Below are positions 41,492 through 50,223 of a stretch of 64,000 nt of DNA, piece by piece. Source of the stretch: Bdellovibrionales bacterium (GTDB lineage: Bacteria > Bdellovibrionota > Bdellovibrionia > Bdellovibrionales > UBA1609); contig CBDBIB010000001.1 of the NCBI GenBank assembly GCA_965205945.1, positions 374,051 through 438,050 on the forward strand. Direction: 5' to 3'. How positions within the stretch are numbered: position 1 is the first letter of the stretch; every line of letters starts with the position of its first letter. Under the pieces are notes generated by a model. The model had not been told where the DNA came from. It saw only the letters and a list, made by a program, of their open reading frames with translations, and searched no databases. A program made the position numbers and the translations under genes.

Positions 41492-43096
41492 GTGTTTAGC
41501 AGTAAGCCTTGGATTTTATTTTTTTCAACATTAGCAAGCGAAGATTTAGCCTTTATTTATGGACTGTTTAATGTACAAGATCAATCTTTACACCCTTTTA
41601 ACTTTATAATTTTTTACTTACTCGGAGTTTTTATTGGAGACATCATACTGTATGGTCTAGGAAAAAGTGCTCGCAAATTATCTAAAACAAAATACTTTTG
41701 CTTTATTCATAAATATATTTACAAAACTCAAAGGAAAAAAAAATTTGATGTTACAAAATTTACAGGTTTTGACCAGTTTTTAGCTTTTACACGGTTCATA
41801 CCAGGTTCTAGAATTCCAACATATATCTACTGTGGGATTTCAAACTATCCATTTTTTAAATTCTGTGCAGTTTTACTTGCAAGTAGCCTATTTTACTCAA
41901 GCGTAGGTCTGCTTATTTTAAAAATGTTTTATTTAGGAATTGATAATGAAACATTCTGGAAAACAAAATTATTGATTGCTTTTTTATCAGCATTTTTAAC
42001 TATTTTATTTTTAAATATTTCTATTAAAATACTAAAATTAAAACTAACTTACAGCGAAATAATCCGTCCTTTAAAAGTATATTTATTACGATATTGTAAA
42101 TTAGAATTTTGGCCATCTTTTATATTGTATGCTCCTTTTGCTCCATACTTTATATATCTATTTTTAAAATATGGAGGTACTAAAACAATATTATCAACAA
42201 ACCCCTCAATAAAAATGAGTGGACTTATTGGTGAATTAAAATCTGATATTGATATATTTTTATCAAAATATATTAAAAATCAGCGCATAAAAACATTTAA
42301 ACTTGATGAAAAAACTCTGCCTTTTGCTAAAAAAATTATGAGTGAAAATAAGTTGTCATTCCCAGTTATTATCAAACCAGATAGCGGAATGCGTGGTGCA
42401 GGTGTTAAAATTATAAAAACAGAAAATGAGTTGGAAGAAATTTTAAATAAAACTGAGGAAAAACAAGTTCTACAAGAATTTTGTGATTTTAAAAATGAGT
42501 GGGGAATATATTACTACCGTTTTCCAAATGCTCAGAGTGGAAAAATATTCTCAGTAACGGTTAAAGAAAAACCTTTAATAACTGGAGATGGAAAATTATC
42601 TTTATATAAATTAGTTTTATCGGATCAACGCCTCTGTCAGAGATTTGATATTATTTTTAAAGAATGTAACTTATCGCCTCATTATATTCCTAAAGTAAAT
42701 GAAAAAGTTCAACTTGTTAATAAAGGAAATCACTCTAAAGGCTGTATTTTTTTAGATGGCTCAGAGTGGGTGAAAAACTCTCAACTTAAAAACGTTCAAT
42801 GGGTCTTAGATCAATTAGAGGGGTTTTATGTTGGTCGGATAGACATTAAATTTCGTGATTTAGAATCTCTATCTTGCGGAGAATTTAAAATTATAGAAAT
42901 TAATGGCGCTGGAGCAGAGTCTTCAAATTTTTATGATCCAAAATTTTCCGTAAAAGAGGCTTATAAAATTATTAAAGAACAATGGACAATTATTTTTCAA
43001 GTTGGTCATATGAATCGTAAACTTGGAAAGGAAACAAAAAAATCAATTTGGAATTTATTTTCTGAAATAATTCAATATCGAAGAATGAAGACATAA
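41492..43096 (+). CDS. DedA/VTT membrane domain fused to an ATP-grasp ligase domain
   Basis: SEDLA, GDIILYGLG, RFIPGSRIPTY (DedA); FPVIIKPDSGMRGAGVK, LQEF, GRIDIK, IIEING (ATP-grasp). Confidence 0.85.
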   Translation: MFSSKPWILFFSTLASEDLAFIYGLFNVQDQSLHPFNFIIFYLLGVFIGDIILYGLGKSARKLSKTKYFCFIHKYIYKTQRKKKFDVTKFTGFDQFLAFTRFIPGSRIPTYIYCGISNYPFFKFCAVLLASSLFYSSVGLLILKMFYLGIDNETFWKTKLLIAFLSAFLTILFLNISIKILKLKLTYSEIIRPLKVYLLRYCKLEFWPSFILYAPFAPYFIYLFLKYGGTKTILSTNPSIKMSGLIGELKSDIDIFLSKYIKNQRIKTFKLDEKTLPFAKKIMSENKLSFPVIIKPDSGMRGAGVKIIKTENELEEILNKTEEKQVLQEFCDFKNEWGIYYYRFPNAQSGKIFSVTVKEKPLITGDGKLSLYKLVLSDQRLCQRFDIIFKECNLSPHYIPKVNEKVQLVNKGNHSKGCIFLDGSEWVKNSQLKNVQWVLDQLEGFYVGRIDIKFRDLESLSCGEFKIIEINGAGAESSNFYDPKFSVKEAYKIIKEQWTIIFQVGHMNRKLGKETKKSIWNLFSEIIQYRRMKT

Positions 43097-43214
43097 AAAG
43101 CATTTTATTTTAAACTTGACCTTGGTTTTTTGTATGATTGTATATATTCTTTAATATATTTTCTTATATACACAGAAAGTAATGGTGGTAATTAATAAAA
43201 AAAGGAGATTTAAA

Positions 43215-43667
43215 ATGAAAACACTAATAGTTATATGTATATCTTTTATGCTAACAACAGCTTTTGCCAAAAATACTAATTATAATATGGATAACGGTTT
43301 ATTTATAAACGGATATGACCCTGTAGCCTACCTTACAAGCAATAAGGCTATAAAGGGAAAACAAAATATACAATATTTGTACAATGGAGTAAAAATTCAG
43401 TTTAGCTCAGAAGAGAATAAGAAAAAATTTATAAAAGACCCTGAAAAAATGCTCCCAGCTTATAAGGGATGGTGCGCTTACGCTATGTCTGAAAAAGCTA
43501 AACTAGTTGAAGTTGACCCTAAGTCCTTTAAAGTTATCAAGGGTAAAACATATCTTTTTTATGATAGCGTCTGGGCCGATACTTTAAAAAAGTGGAATAA
43601 AAAAAATAACGACAATATACAAGTTAAACGAGCTGATATGAATTGGAAAAAGATTTATTTAAAATAA
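43215..43667 (+). CDS. Secreted YHS-domain protein (YHS 'selenoprotein' family, Cys form)
   Basis: Signal peptide; GYDPVAY, FSSEENKKKF..DPEK.LPAYKGWCAYAM; AAGGAG SD before ATG 43215. Confidence 0.85.
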   Translation: MKTLIVICISFMLTTAFAKNTNYNMDNGLFINGYDPVAYLTSNKAIKGKQNIQYLYNGVKIQFSSEENKKKFIKDPEKMLPAYKGWCAYAMSEKAKLVEVDPKSFKVIKGKTYLFYDSVWADTLKKWNKKNNDNIQVKRADMNWKKIYLK

Positions 43668-43677
43668 GGCATTTAAA

Positions 43678-45627
43678 ATGACGCTAACCTGGCATAAAGT
43701 TGCTAAAGTTAACGAACTTCTAGAAGGGCGTGTAAAAACAGTAACCATTGGAACTAAAAATATTGTTCTAACAAAATACAAAGGTATTTATGGCGCCTTA
43801 GATAATGCTTGCCCTCATCAGGGTGGACCTTTAGGAGAGGGATCTATTGAAAATGGTTTTTTACGTTGCCCCTGGCATGGTTGGGATTTTTGTCCTCACT
43901 CAGGTAAACCTCCAGGCGGCTACGACGATGGTGTGGCCGTTTACCCTGTAGAAGAAAGAACTGATGGAATTTATATTCAGATAAAATCTATAAAAGACAA
44001 TAAAACTACAGTAAGTGATAAAATGGTGGAGACCATGATTAATTGGGGCGTAGACACTGTTTTTGGAATGGTTGGACATTCTAACTTAGGTTTTGCTGAA
44101 GCACTTAGAAAACAAGAAGAGCTTGGGAAGCTACGTTTTTTTGGAATTCGTCACGAAGGAGCAGCAGCTTTTGCCTGCTCTGGTTATGCTAAAACAATAG
44201 GAACCCCTGCAGCTTGCTTTACTATTGCAGGACCTGGAGCAACCAATTTATTAACAGGTTTATGGGATGCAAAAGTTGATAGAGCGCCTGTTTTAGCCCT
44301 AACAGGGCAGGTGAATACTCAAGTACTTGGACCGGGAGCTTTTCAAGAAATTGATTTAACATCTGCATTTAATGCTGTAACTAAATTTAGTCAAACTGTA
44401 TTAAATGAATCTGATCAAGTCGAGTTAATGAGCTTAGCTCTTAAAAATGCTATTGTTCATAGAGATGTTGCTCATTTAATTTTACCTGATGAAGTTCAAA
44501 TATTACCTGCAACAAAGACAATGAAGGCCTTAAGTTGTGTAGGTCGATTAGCTGATATGAAAATAAGACCACCACTTCAAGCTTTAGATACTGCATTACA
44601 AAAAATCTCTAAAAGCAAAAGACCTGTGATTATTGTTGGGTATGGTGCTAAAAGATCTATGGTTGATATTATTAAATATGCTCAAGTATTAAACGCTCCT
44701 ATTATAACAACCTTTAAAGGTAAGGGACAAATTTCAGACGCTCACCCTTTAGCCTGTGGTGTTCTTGGACGTAGTGGAACACCCGTTGCTAGCTGGTTTA
44801 TGAACGAATCTGATTTATTAATTGTTTTTGGATCGTCATTTTCTAATCATACAGGAATTACCCCTAAAAAACCCATTATTCAAATTGATTTTGATCCAAT
44901 TCAAATTGGAAAGTTTCATAAAGTAGATATACCCATCTTAGGAGATGTTGGAGTTGTTGCAAACTTACTGCTTGAAAAAATAAATATTAAAGCAGCAAAT
45001 ATACGAATAAATATTAAAGATGAAGTAGCAAAACGTTGGTCTATTTGGAAAAAAGAAAAATTATCTCGCACAAAAGATGATTTTAATAAGGGGATTGGAT
45101 CTGCAGCAATATTTTCTATACTTAAAGATGTTATCCCCAATGATGCTATTATTCCTGTAGACGTAGGTAACAATACTTATTCATTTGGACGGTATTTTGA
45201 GTGTAAAGGTCAAAGCATTTTAATGTCTGGTTACTTAGGGTCCATTGGATTTTCTTTCCCTGCTGCTATGGGCGCTTGGGCTGCAGTTAAAGGACAAAGA
45301 AAAATTGTTTCTATTAGCGGCGATGGTGGCTTTGGGCAATATATGAATGAGTTTACTACTGCTGTTAAATATGACATGGATATCACTCATATTTTATTAA
45401 ACAATTCAGAGCTCGGAAAAATTTCAAAAGAACAACTTTCCGGAGAATGGCCAGTTTGGCAAACCTCTTTACACAATCCAAATTTTGCAAAATATGCTCA
45501 AAATTGTGGTGGCCTAGGAATTCAAGTTAATAAAATTACAGAACTTAAGAGTGCTCTAAACAAAGCTATTGCTCATAAAAAAGGACCCTCTCTTGTTGAA
45601 ATTATCACAGATGCAAAACTCATATAG
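43678..45627 (+). CDS. Rieske [2Fe-2S] domain fused to TPP-dependent enzyme (pyruvate oxidase/ALS family)
   Basis: CPHQGGPL...CPWHGW; IRHEGAAAF catalytic Glu; GPGATN; GDGGF-x-NN TPP motif. Confidence 0.92.
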   Translation: MTLTWHKVAKVNELLEGRVKTVTIGTKNIVLTKYKGIYGALDNACPHQGGPLGEGSIENGFLRCPWHGWDFCPHSGKPPGGYDDGVAVYPVEERTDGIYIQIKSIKDNKTTVSDKMVETMINWGVDTVFGMVGHSNLGFAEALRKQEELGKLRFFGIRHEGAAAFACSGYAKTIGTPAACFTIAGPGATNLLTGLWDAKVDRAPVLALTGQVNTQVLGPGAFQEIDLTSAFNAVTKFSQTVLNESDQVELMSLALKNAIVHRDVAHLILPDEVQILPATKTMKALSCVGRLADMKIRPPLQALDTALQKISKSKRPVIIVGYGAKRSMVDIIKYAQVLNAPIITTFKGKGQISDAHPLACGVLGRSGTPVASWFMNESDLLIVFGSSFSNHTGITPKKPIIQIDFDPIQIGKFHKVDIPILGDVGVVANLLLEKINIKAANIRINIKDEVAKRWSIWKKEKLSRTKDDFNKGIGSAAIFSILKDVIPNDAIIPVDVGNNTYSFGRYFECKGQSILMSGYLGSIGFSFPAAMGAWAAVKGQRKIVSISGDGGFGQYMNEFTTAVKYDMDITHILLNNSELGKISKEQLSGEWPVWQTSLHNPNFAKYAQNCGGLGIQVNKITELKSALNKAIAHKKGPSLVEIITDAKLI

Positions 45628-45635
45628 GAGATTCT

Positions 45636-45842
45636 ATGTCAAAAACTATAGCCGAAAATATAATTTTATTAGCTAATTTATATATTCTAATAGGTTTTAT
45701 TTATTCAGTATATTTTTTTAAAATACGCATTCTAAAAACTGATTCAGTTTTTACTAAAACATGTTGGAGTGTAAAAATTTTAATGGTGCCTGCAACAATA
45801 ATGCTATGGCCACTTATTGCTATTTGTGGAGAAAAAAAATGA
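45636..45842 (+). CDS. Small 2-TM hypothetical protein
   Basis: AGGAG SD; two hydrophobic segments, P..MLWP motif. Confidence 0.7.
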   Translation: MSKTIAENIILLANLYILIGFIYSVYFFKIRILKTDSVFTKTCWSVKILMVPATIMLWPLIAICGEKK

Positions 45843-45985
45843 TTAAAAAACAACGAAGAGCTCATTTATATATTTGGCTATTTTTACTTCCAGCATTAAT
45901 TATTTTATTTTACTTTGTTCAAACTAACCGACAGCTAAATATCAACAAAAACTCTAATAACAAAGGACACCACCATGAGCGTTGA
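45839..45985 (+). CDS. Small 1-TM hypothetical protein (48 aa)
   Basis: ATGA overlap with the previous stop; MIKKQRRAHLYIWLFLLP... Confidence 0.6.
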   Translation: MIKKQRRAHLYIWLFLLPALIILFYFVQTNRQLNINKNSNNKGHHHER

Positions 45986-47027
45986 TTACGTAAGAGTACA
46001 GTGGACAGAGCATAAAAAGTGGTATGATCTAATCTGTGTAGGTTTTTTCTTTTTGTTATTCTTATGTTTTCTAATTACAAGTTTAATTTCTTTTGATAAA
46101 CCGAGTCAGTTTAGTTTTATGACCCTTCTTATACGTGGATTTGGGTTATGTGCTATTACGTTTATACATATTATATTGGCAATTGGTCCTTTAGCACGAA
46201 TAGATAAAAGGTTTTTACCGTTACTTTATAATAGACGTCATTTAGGTGTGATGACATTTTTTATAGCATTTTTTCATGTGTTTTTAGTTATGTTATTTTA
46301 TCATGGTTTTGGAGTAATGAACCCATTAATGTCTCTTTTAATTGGAAATACAGAATACAAGTCTTTATCTGCTTTTCCCTTTGAATTATTTGGGTTAGGT
46401 GCTTTTTTTATTTTATTTATGCTAGCTTCTACGAGTCATGATTTCTGGCAGAAATTTTTTGGTAAAATCTTCTGGAAATCAATGCATATGTCTATTTACT
46501 TAGCCTATTTTTTAATAATAACTCATGTTCTCCTTGGAGTTTATCAATCCGAACAAAGCCTTATTTATACCTTTCTTATAGTTTTAGGGTTTTTAAGTAT
46601 AAGTGGATTACACATAGCTGCGGGAATAAAAGCTTATAAACTTGATGCTATAAATGTGTCAAAATTAAACTGGGTAAAAGTTGCAAAAATTAGTGAGTTT
46701 ATTCAAGATAGAGCTAAGGTTATTACTACAAAGAATGGAGAGAGTGTTGCCATATTTAAACATAAAAAAGGTTTTAGTGCTGTAACAAATGTTTGCGCTC
46801 ATCAAGGTGGCCCTCTTAGTGAAGGTAAAATTATTGATGGTTGTATTACTTGTCCATGGCATGGATGGCAATATAAGGTTGAGGATGGTCAGAGCCCTCC
46901 GCCTTTTGAAGAAAAAATATGTACATATGAAACTAAAATAACTGATGGTTATGTCTATGTCTTTGCTCAAGCAAAACCCCCAGGAACCTTTATAACACCC
47001 TTAAAAAGTGGAGAATTAAGTGAATAA
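45975..47027 (+). CDS. Ferric-reductase/MsrQ-like heme-b membrane domain fused to a C-terminal Rieske domain
   Basis: ~6 TMs, RRHLG...H and WKSMH...Y...H His pattern; CAHQGGPL...CPWHGW. Confidence 0.88.
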   Translation: MSVDYVRVQWTEHKKWYDLICVGFFFLLFLCFLITSLISFDKPSQFSFMTLLIRGFGLCAITFIHIILAIGPLARIDKRFLPLLYNRRHLGVMTFFIAFFHVFLVMLFYHGFGVMNPLMSLLIGNTEYKSLSAFPFELFGLGAFFILFMLASTSHDFWQKFFGKIFWKSMHMSIYLAYFLIITHVLLGVYQSEQSLIYTFLIVLGFLSISGLHIAAGIKAYKLDAINVSKLNWVKVAKISEFIQDRAKVITTKNGESVAIFKHKKGFSAVTNVCAHQGGPLSEGKIIDGCITCPWHGWQYKVEDGQSPPPFEEKICTYETKITDGYVYVFAQAKPPGTFITPLKSGELSE

Positions 47028-47781
47028 AGATGAATTTTATGTTGGTTATTTTCCAATGCCGAAAACTTATAAAAAGTTTTTATTTGTTATTTTAACTATA
47101 ATAGCTATTTTCTTTACTATATTAGTTTTTATTGTTGCTAAAGAGCAAGTTCAACCTAAAAATGGAGTTGGTTGGAATCCTAACGGGGATGGAGCTATTA
47201 TTGTTAAAGGTGTAATATCAAAATTCCCCTATGATTTACTACGCTTTAAAGAGTCAAAAAAAAGTGCTGTTCAAACCGCGATATTAACATCTATGACAAA
47301 AACATCTATTCAAAATCGTATAAAAGGAAAATATGATAAAGCCTTAGATTTAAAAGGAGTTATGATCCGTCAAAATGGCCGATTTGTTTTCTCAGTATTA
47401 GACGGTAAAGAAAGCATTAAGATTTCAGATTTTAACCCTTTAGATTTTAGCCCTTTAAAAACTAAGATGATAGGTATTGTTCATCTACAAGGAGAAATTA
47501 TTGATCCAAAGTGTTATCTAGGAGCAATGAAGCCAGGAGGGGGCAAGGTTCATAAATCTTGCGCTGTTCTATGCATCCGTGGTGGAATTCCTCCTATGTT
47601 TGTAACCAAGAATGAACTCTTAAATGAAACTTATTATTTACTAACTGATAAAAATGGTGGTCCAATAGTAGAAGATATTATTGCTTATGTTGGTGATCCA
47701 GTTTCAATTACAGGGTTTGCTGAAAAACATGATGATATGTTATTTCTTCGTTTAGATGTGGAATCAATAAAAAGATTATAA
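47020..47781 (+). CDS. Membrane-anchored hypothetical protein with Cys/His motif
   Basis: DEFYVGY N-terminus, one TM, GEIIDPKCY...HKSCAVLCIRGGIPP. Confidence 0.8.
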   Translation: MNKDEFYVGYFPMPKTYKKFLFVILTIIAIFFTILVFIVAKEQVQPKNGVGWNPNGDGAIIVKGVISKFPYDLLRFKESKKSAVQTAILTSMTKTSIQNRIKGKYDKALDLKGVMIRQNGRFVFSVLDGKESIKISDFNPLDFSPLKTKMIGIVHLQGEIIDPKCYLGAMKPGGGKVHKSCAVLCIRGGIPPMFVTKNELLNETYYLLTDKNGGPIVEDIIAYVGDPVSITGFAEKHDDMLFLRLDVESIKRL

Positions 47782-47793
47782 AGGATACCCATT

Positions 47794-49407
47794 GTGAAAA
47801 AAATTAAAGTGTTTGAGTTAAATGAATTAGTTGATCGTAGGCCAAATTATAAATTAATATCCGGTGTTGATTTAGTTATCATTCGCTATGATGATCAGGT
47901 TTCAGTAATGTATGGGCGCTGTTTACATCGTGGTGCGCTAATGTCTGATGGGCATATTGATGGAAATAACCTTATTTGTGGAGTTCATGGTTGGGACTAC
48001 CGTTTAGACACAGGCATAAGTGAGTATAATAATAAAGAGGCTCTGAAAAAATTTAACTCTTGGATTGACAATGGTGTAGTTTTTCTTGATGCCGATGAGG
48101 TAAGCGAGTGGGCAAAAAATCACCCACAGCCATTTAATCGTGAAGAGTACCTTGGCTTATATCAAGATGCTCATATAACAGAAGAAGAACCTGAAAATCA
48201 TTTAATTCAACACCTTGCTAAACACGGTCTAAAAAAATCAGGGCCCCATGGCCCAACGGGTGCTATGGGGGTTGAAAAATCAAAACTTCCCCATTGGAAT
48301 GAAATACAAATTACTACAGCTCAATTAAAACGTTTTCCATTATTAGATAATGAGCCTGTTAAAAGTAACGTTGTCATTGGCCCTAAAGCTCGTAAACCTT
48401 TACACCTTAAAATCCCATTATTTGTTTCAGATATGAGTTTTGGTGCCTTATCAGAAGAAGCTAAAATAGCTCTTGCAAAAGGCGCTGAGCTAGCCGGCAC
48501 TGGGATTTGTAGTGGAGAAGGGGGTATGTTACCAGAAGAGCAGGCTTGTAACTCAAGATATTTTTATGAGTTAGCATCCGGACGCTTTGGTTATGACATT
48601 AAAAAAGTTAAGCTTTGCCAAGCTTTTCACTTTAAAGGCGGACAAGGCGCAAAAACTGGAACAGGAGGGCATTTACCAGGAAGTAAAGTTAGTAAAAAAA
48701 TTGCTTCTGTTCGAGGTTTACAAGAGGGACAAGCCGCAATATCACCAAGTCGATTTTCTGATTGGGAAAGCCTTGATGATATAAAAAAATTTGCAGATAA
48801 AGTGCGTCAGGCTACAGGGGGAATACCTATAGGGTATAAACTCTCGGCTCAAAGAGTAGAAGAAGATATTGCCGCAGCTCTTTATATTGGAGTTGACTAT
48901 GTGATTCTTGATGGGCGAGGTGGCGGTACAGGAGCTGCTCCACTAATTTTTAGAGATCATATTTCTGTTCCAACCATACCAGCTTTAGCTAGAGCCCGAC
49001 GCTATTTAGATGCTCAAAAAGCGTCTCATGTAAGTTTAATAATTACAGGGGGACTACGTGTAGCACCAGATTTTGTTAAAGCCCTAGCTCTAGGGGCTGA
49101 TGCTATTGCACTGTCTAATTCAGCACTCCAAGCAATTGGTTGTTTAGGCATGAGGGCTTGCCACACAAACAATTGCCCAGTGGGTATTGCAACTCAAAAA
49201 AAAGATTTACGACGCCGTTTAGTTATTGATGAATCTGCAAAACGATTACATCGTTTTTTTAGCGCCTCAACAGAATTAATGCAAGTAATGGCTCGTGCTT
49301 GTGGACATAATCATTTATCAAAATTTAACTTAGAAGACTTAGTAACGCTTAACCCCTCTATGTCAAAGCTTAGTGGTGTTCATTTTGCAGGAGATTCAAT
49401 TTTTTAA
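47794..49407 (+). CDS. Rieske domain fused to glutamate-synthase-type FMN/[3Fe-4S] domain
   Basis: CLHRGA...CGVHGW; DMSFGALS, SGEGG, GQGAKTGTGGHLPG, DGRGGGTG, CLGMRACHTNNCPVGIATQ; no amidotransferase domain. Confidence 0.92.
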   Translation: MKKIKVFELNELVDRRPNYKLISGVDLVIIRYDDQVSVMYGRCLHRGALMSDGHIDGNNLICGVHGWDYRLDTGISEYNNKEALKKFNSWIDNGVVFLDADEVSEWAKNHPQPFNREEYLGLYQDAHITEEEPENHLIQHLAKHGLKKSGPHGPTGAMGVEKSKLPHWNEIQITTAQLKRFPLLDNEPVKSNVVIGPKARKPLHLKIPLFVSDMSFGALSEEAKIALAKGAELAGTGICSGEGGMLPEEQACNSRYFYELASGRFGYDIKKVKLCQAFHFKGGQGAKTGTGGHLPGSKVSKKIASVRGLQEGQAAISPSRFSDWESLDDIKKFADKVRQATGGIPIGYKLSAQRVEEDIAAALYIGVDYVILDGRGGGTGAAPLIFRDHISVPTIPALARARRYLDAQKASHVSLIITGGLRVAPDFVKALALGADAIALSNSALQAIGCLGMRACHTNNCPVGIATQKKDLRRRLVIDESAKRLHRFFSASTELMQVMARACGHNHLSKFNLEDLVTLNPSMSKLSGVHFAGDSIF

Positions 49408-49617
49408 TACTTAATAGTTTAAGCCTTTAAACTTATAACTTCTCTTAAAAAAACCAAATAAAAAACCTTTACTTATATAAAACCCTTCTTTAAGGTTTGA
49501 TGAATAAAGAACTAATTTAGAGCAAGTGCATACAATTAAATTCAGGCTTAAAAATTTTAGTGTTTTATATAAAATACTGATAAGTTTTCTTATGCTACAA
49601 TACAAAAACTACTTAAT

Positions 49618-50223
49618 TTAAATCTTAAAGCTCCTCATATCTTTTAGTCTAGAATTAATATCATTTTCATTTATGGCCCTATCTCCCCCACGCATAGTTT
49701 CTGGTTTTGTTAGTGATCCAAACTCAAACTCGTATTTTTCTTTGGGCTCAATAATTGATTTAATATATTTAGAAAAATACTGCCTTTTGTTAATAAAGAA
49801 ACAACTAATTAAATCCCCCTTTTTTAATTCAAATTCGTTATAATCCTCTTCAACTTCACATATATAATAGGTTTGAAAAATACTAAATTCTTTAATAAGA
49901 GGACTTGGAGTTATTCCTTTAATTTTAACTCTGATTTCTTTATTATCAGAGCCAGAAACACTTAATCCGATGTTGTCACAAGTTTCAAATCTAAATACAA
50001 AATGCCAATATTTTTTATATTCTGGTTCAATGCTTCTCATCATGCGTAAACCTGCAACATGCATCGATGAATACACTTTAAAAATTAAATTGTTAAAAGT
50101 TTCAAGTGTCTTAAACGAATTTTCAACATATTTCTTAAATAATTTTTGATCTTTTTGCTGCTGATAAAAACTATAAATTGCGAAACAAAAACTCAAAATT
50201 CCGATAATACCAAATATTTCCAT
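49618..50223 (-). CDS. Hypothetical protein with N-terminal membrane anchor
   Basis: 201-aa ORF, AAGGAAG SD. Confidence 0.6.
   Translation of the reverse strand: MEIFGIIGILSFCFAIYSFYQQQKDQKLFKKYVENSFKTLETFNNLIFKVYSSMHVAGLRMMRSIEPEYKKYWHFVFRFETCDNIGLSVSGSDNKEIRVKIKGITPSPLIKEFSIFQTYYICEVEEDYNEFELKKGDLISCFFINKRQYFSKYIKSIIEPKEKYEFEFGSLTKPETMRGGDRAINENDINSRLKDMRSFKI

Noticed and set aside
43215..43667. Selenocysteine recoding in the YHS gene
   Set aside because: The relevant residue is a plain TGC Cys and there is no in-frame TGA.
49411..49605. 64-aa minus-strand ORF after the Rieske operon
   Set aside because: Very AT-rich, no SD or motif; probably intergenic.
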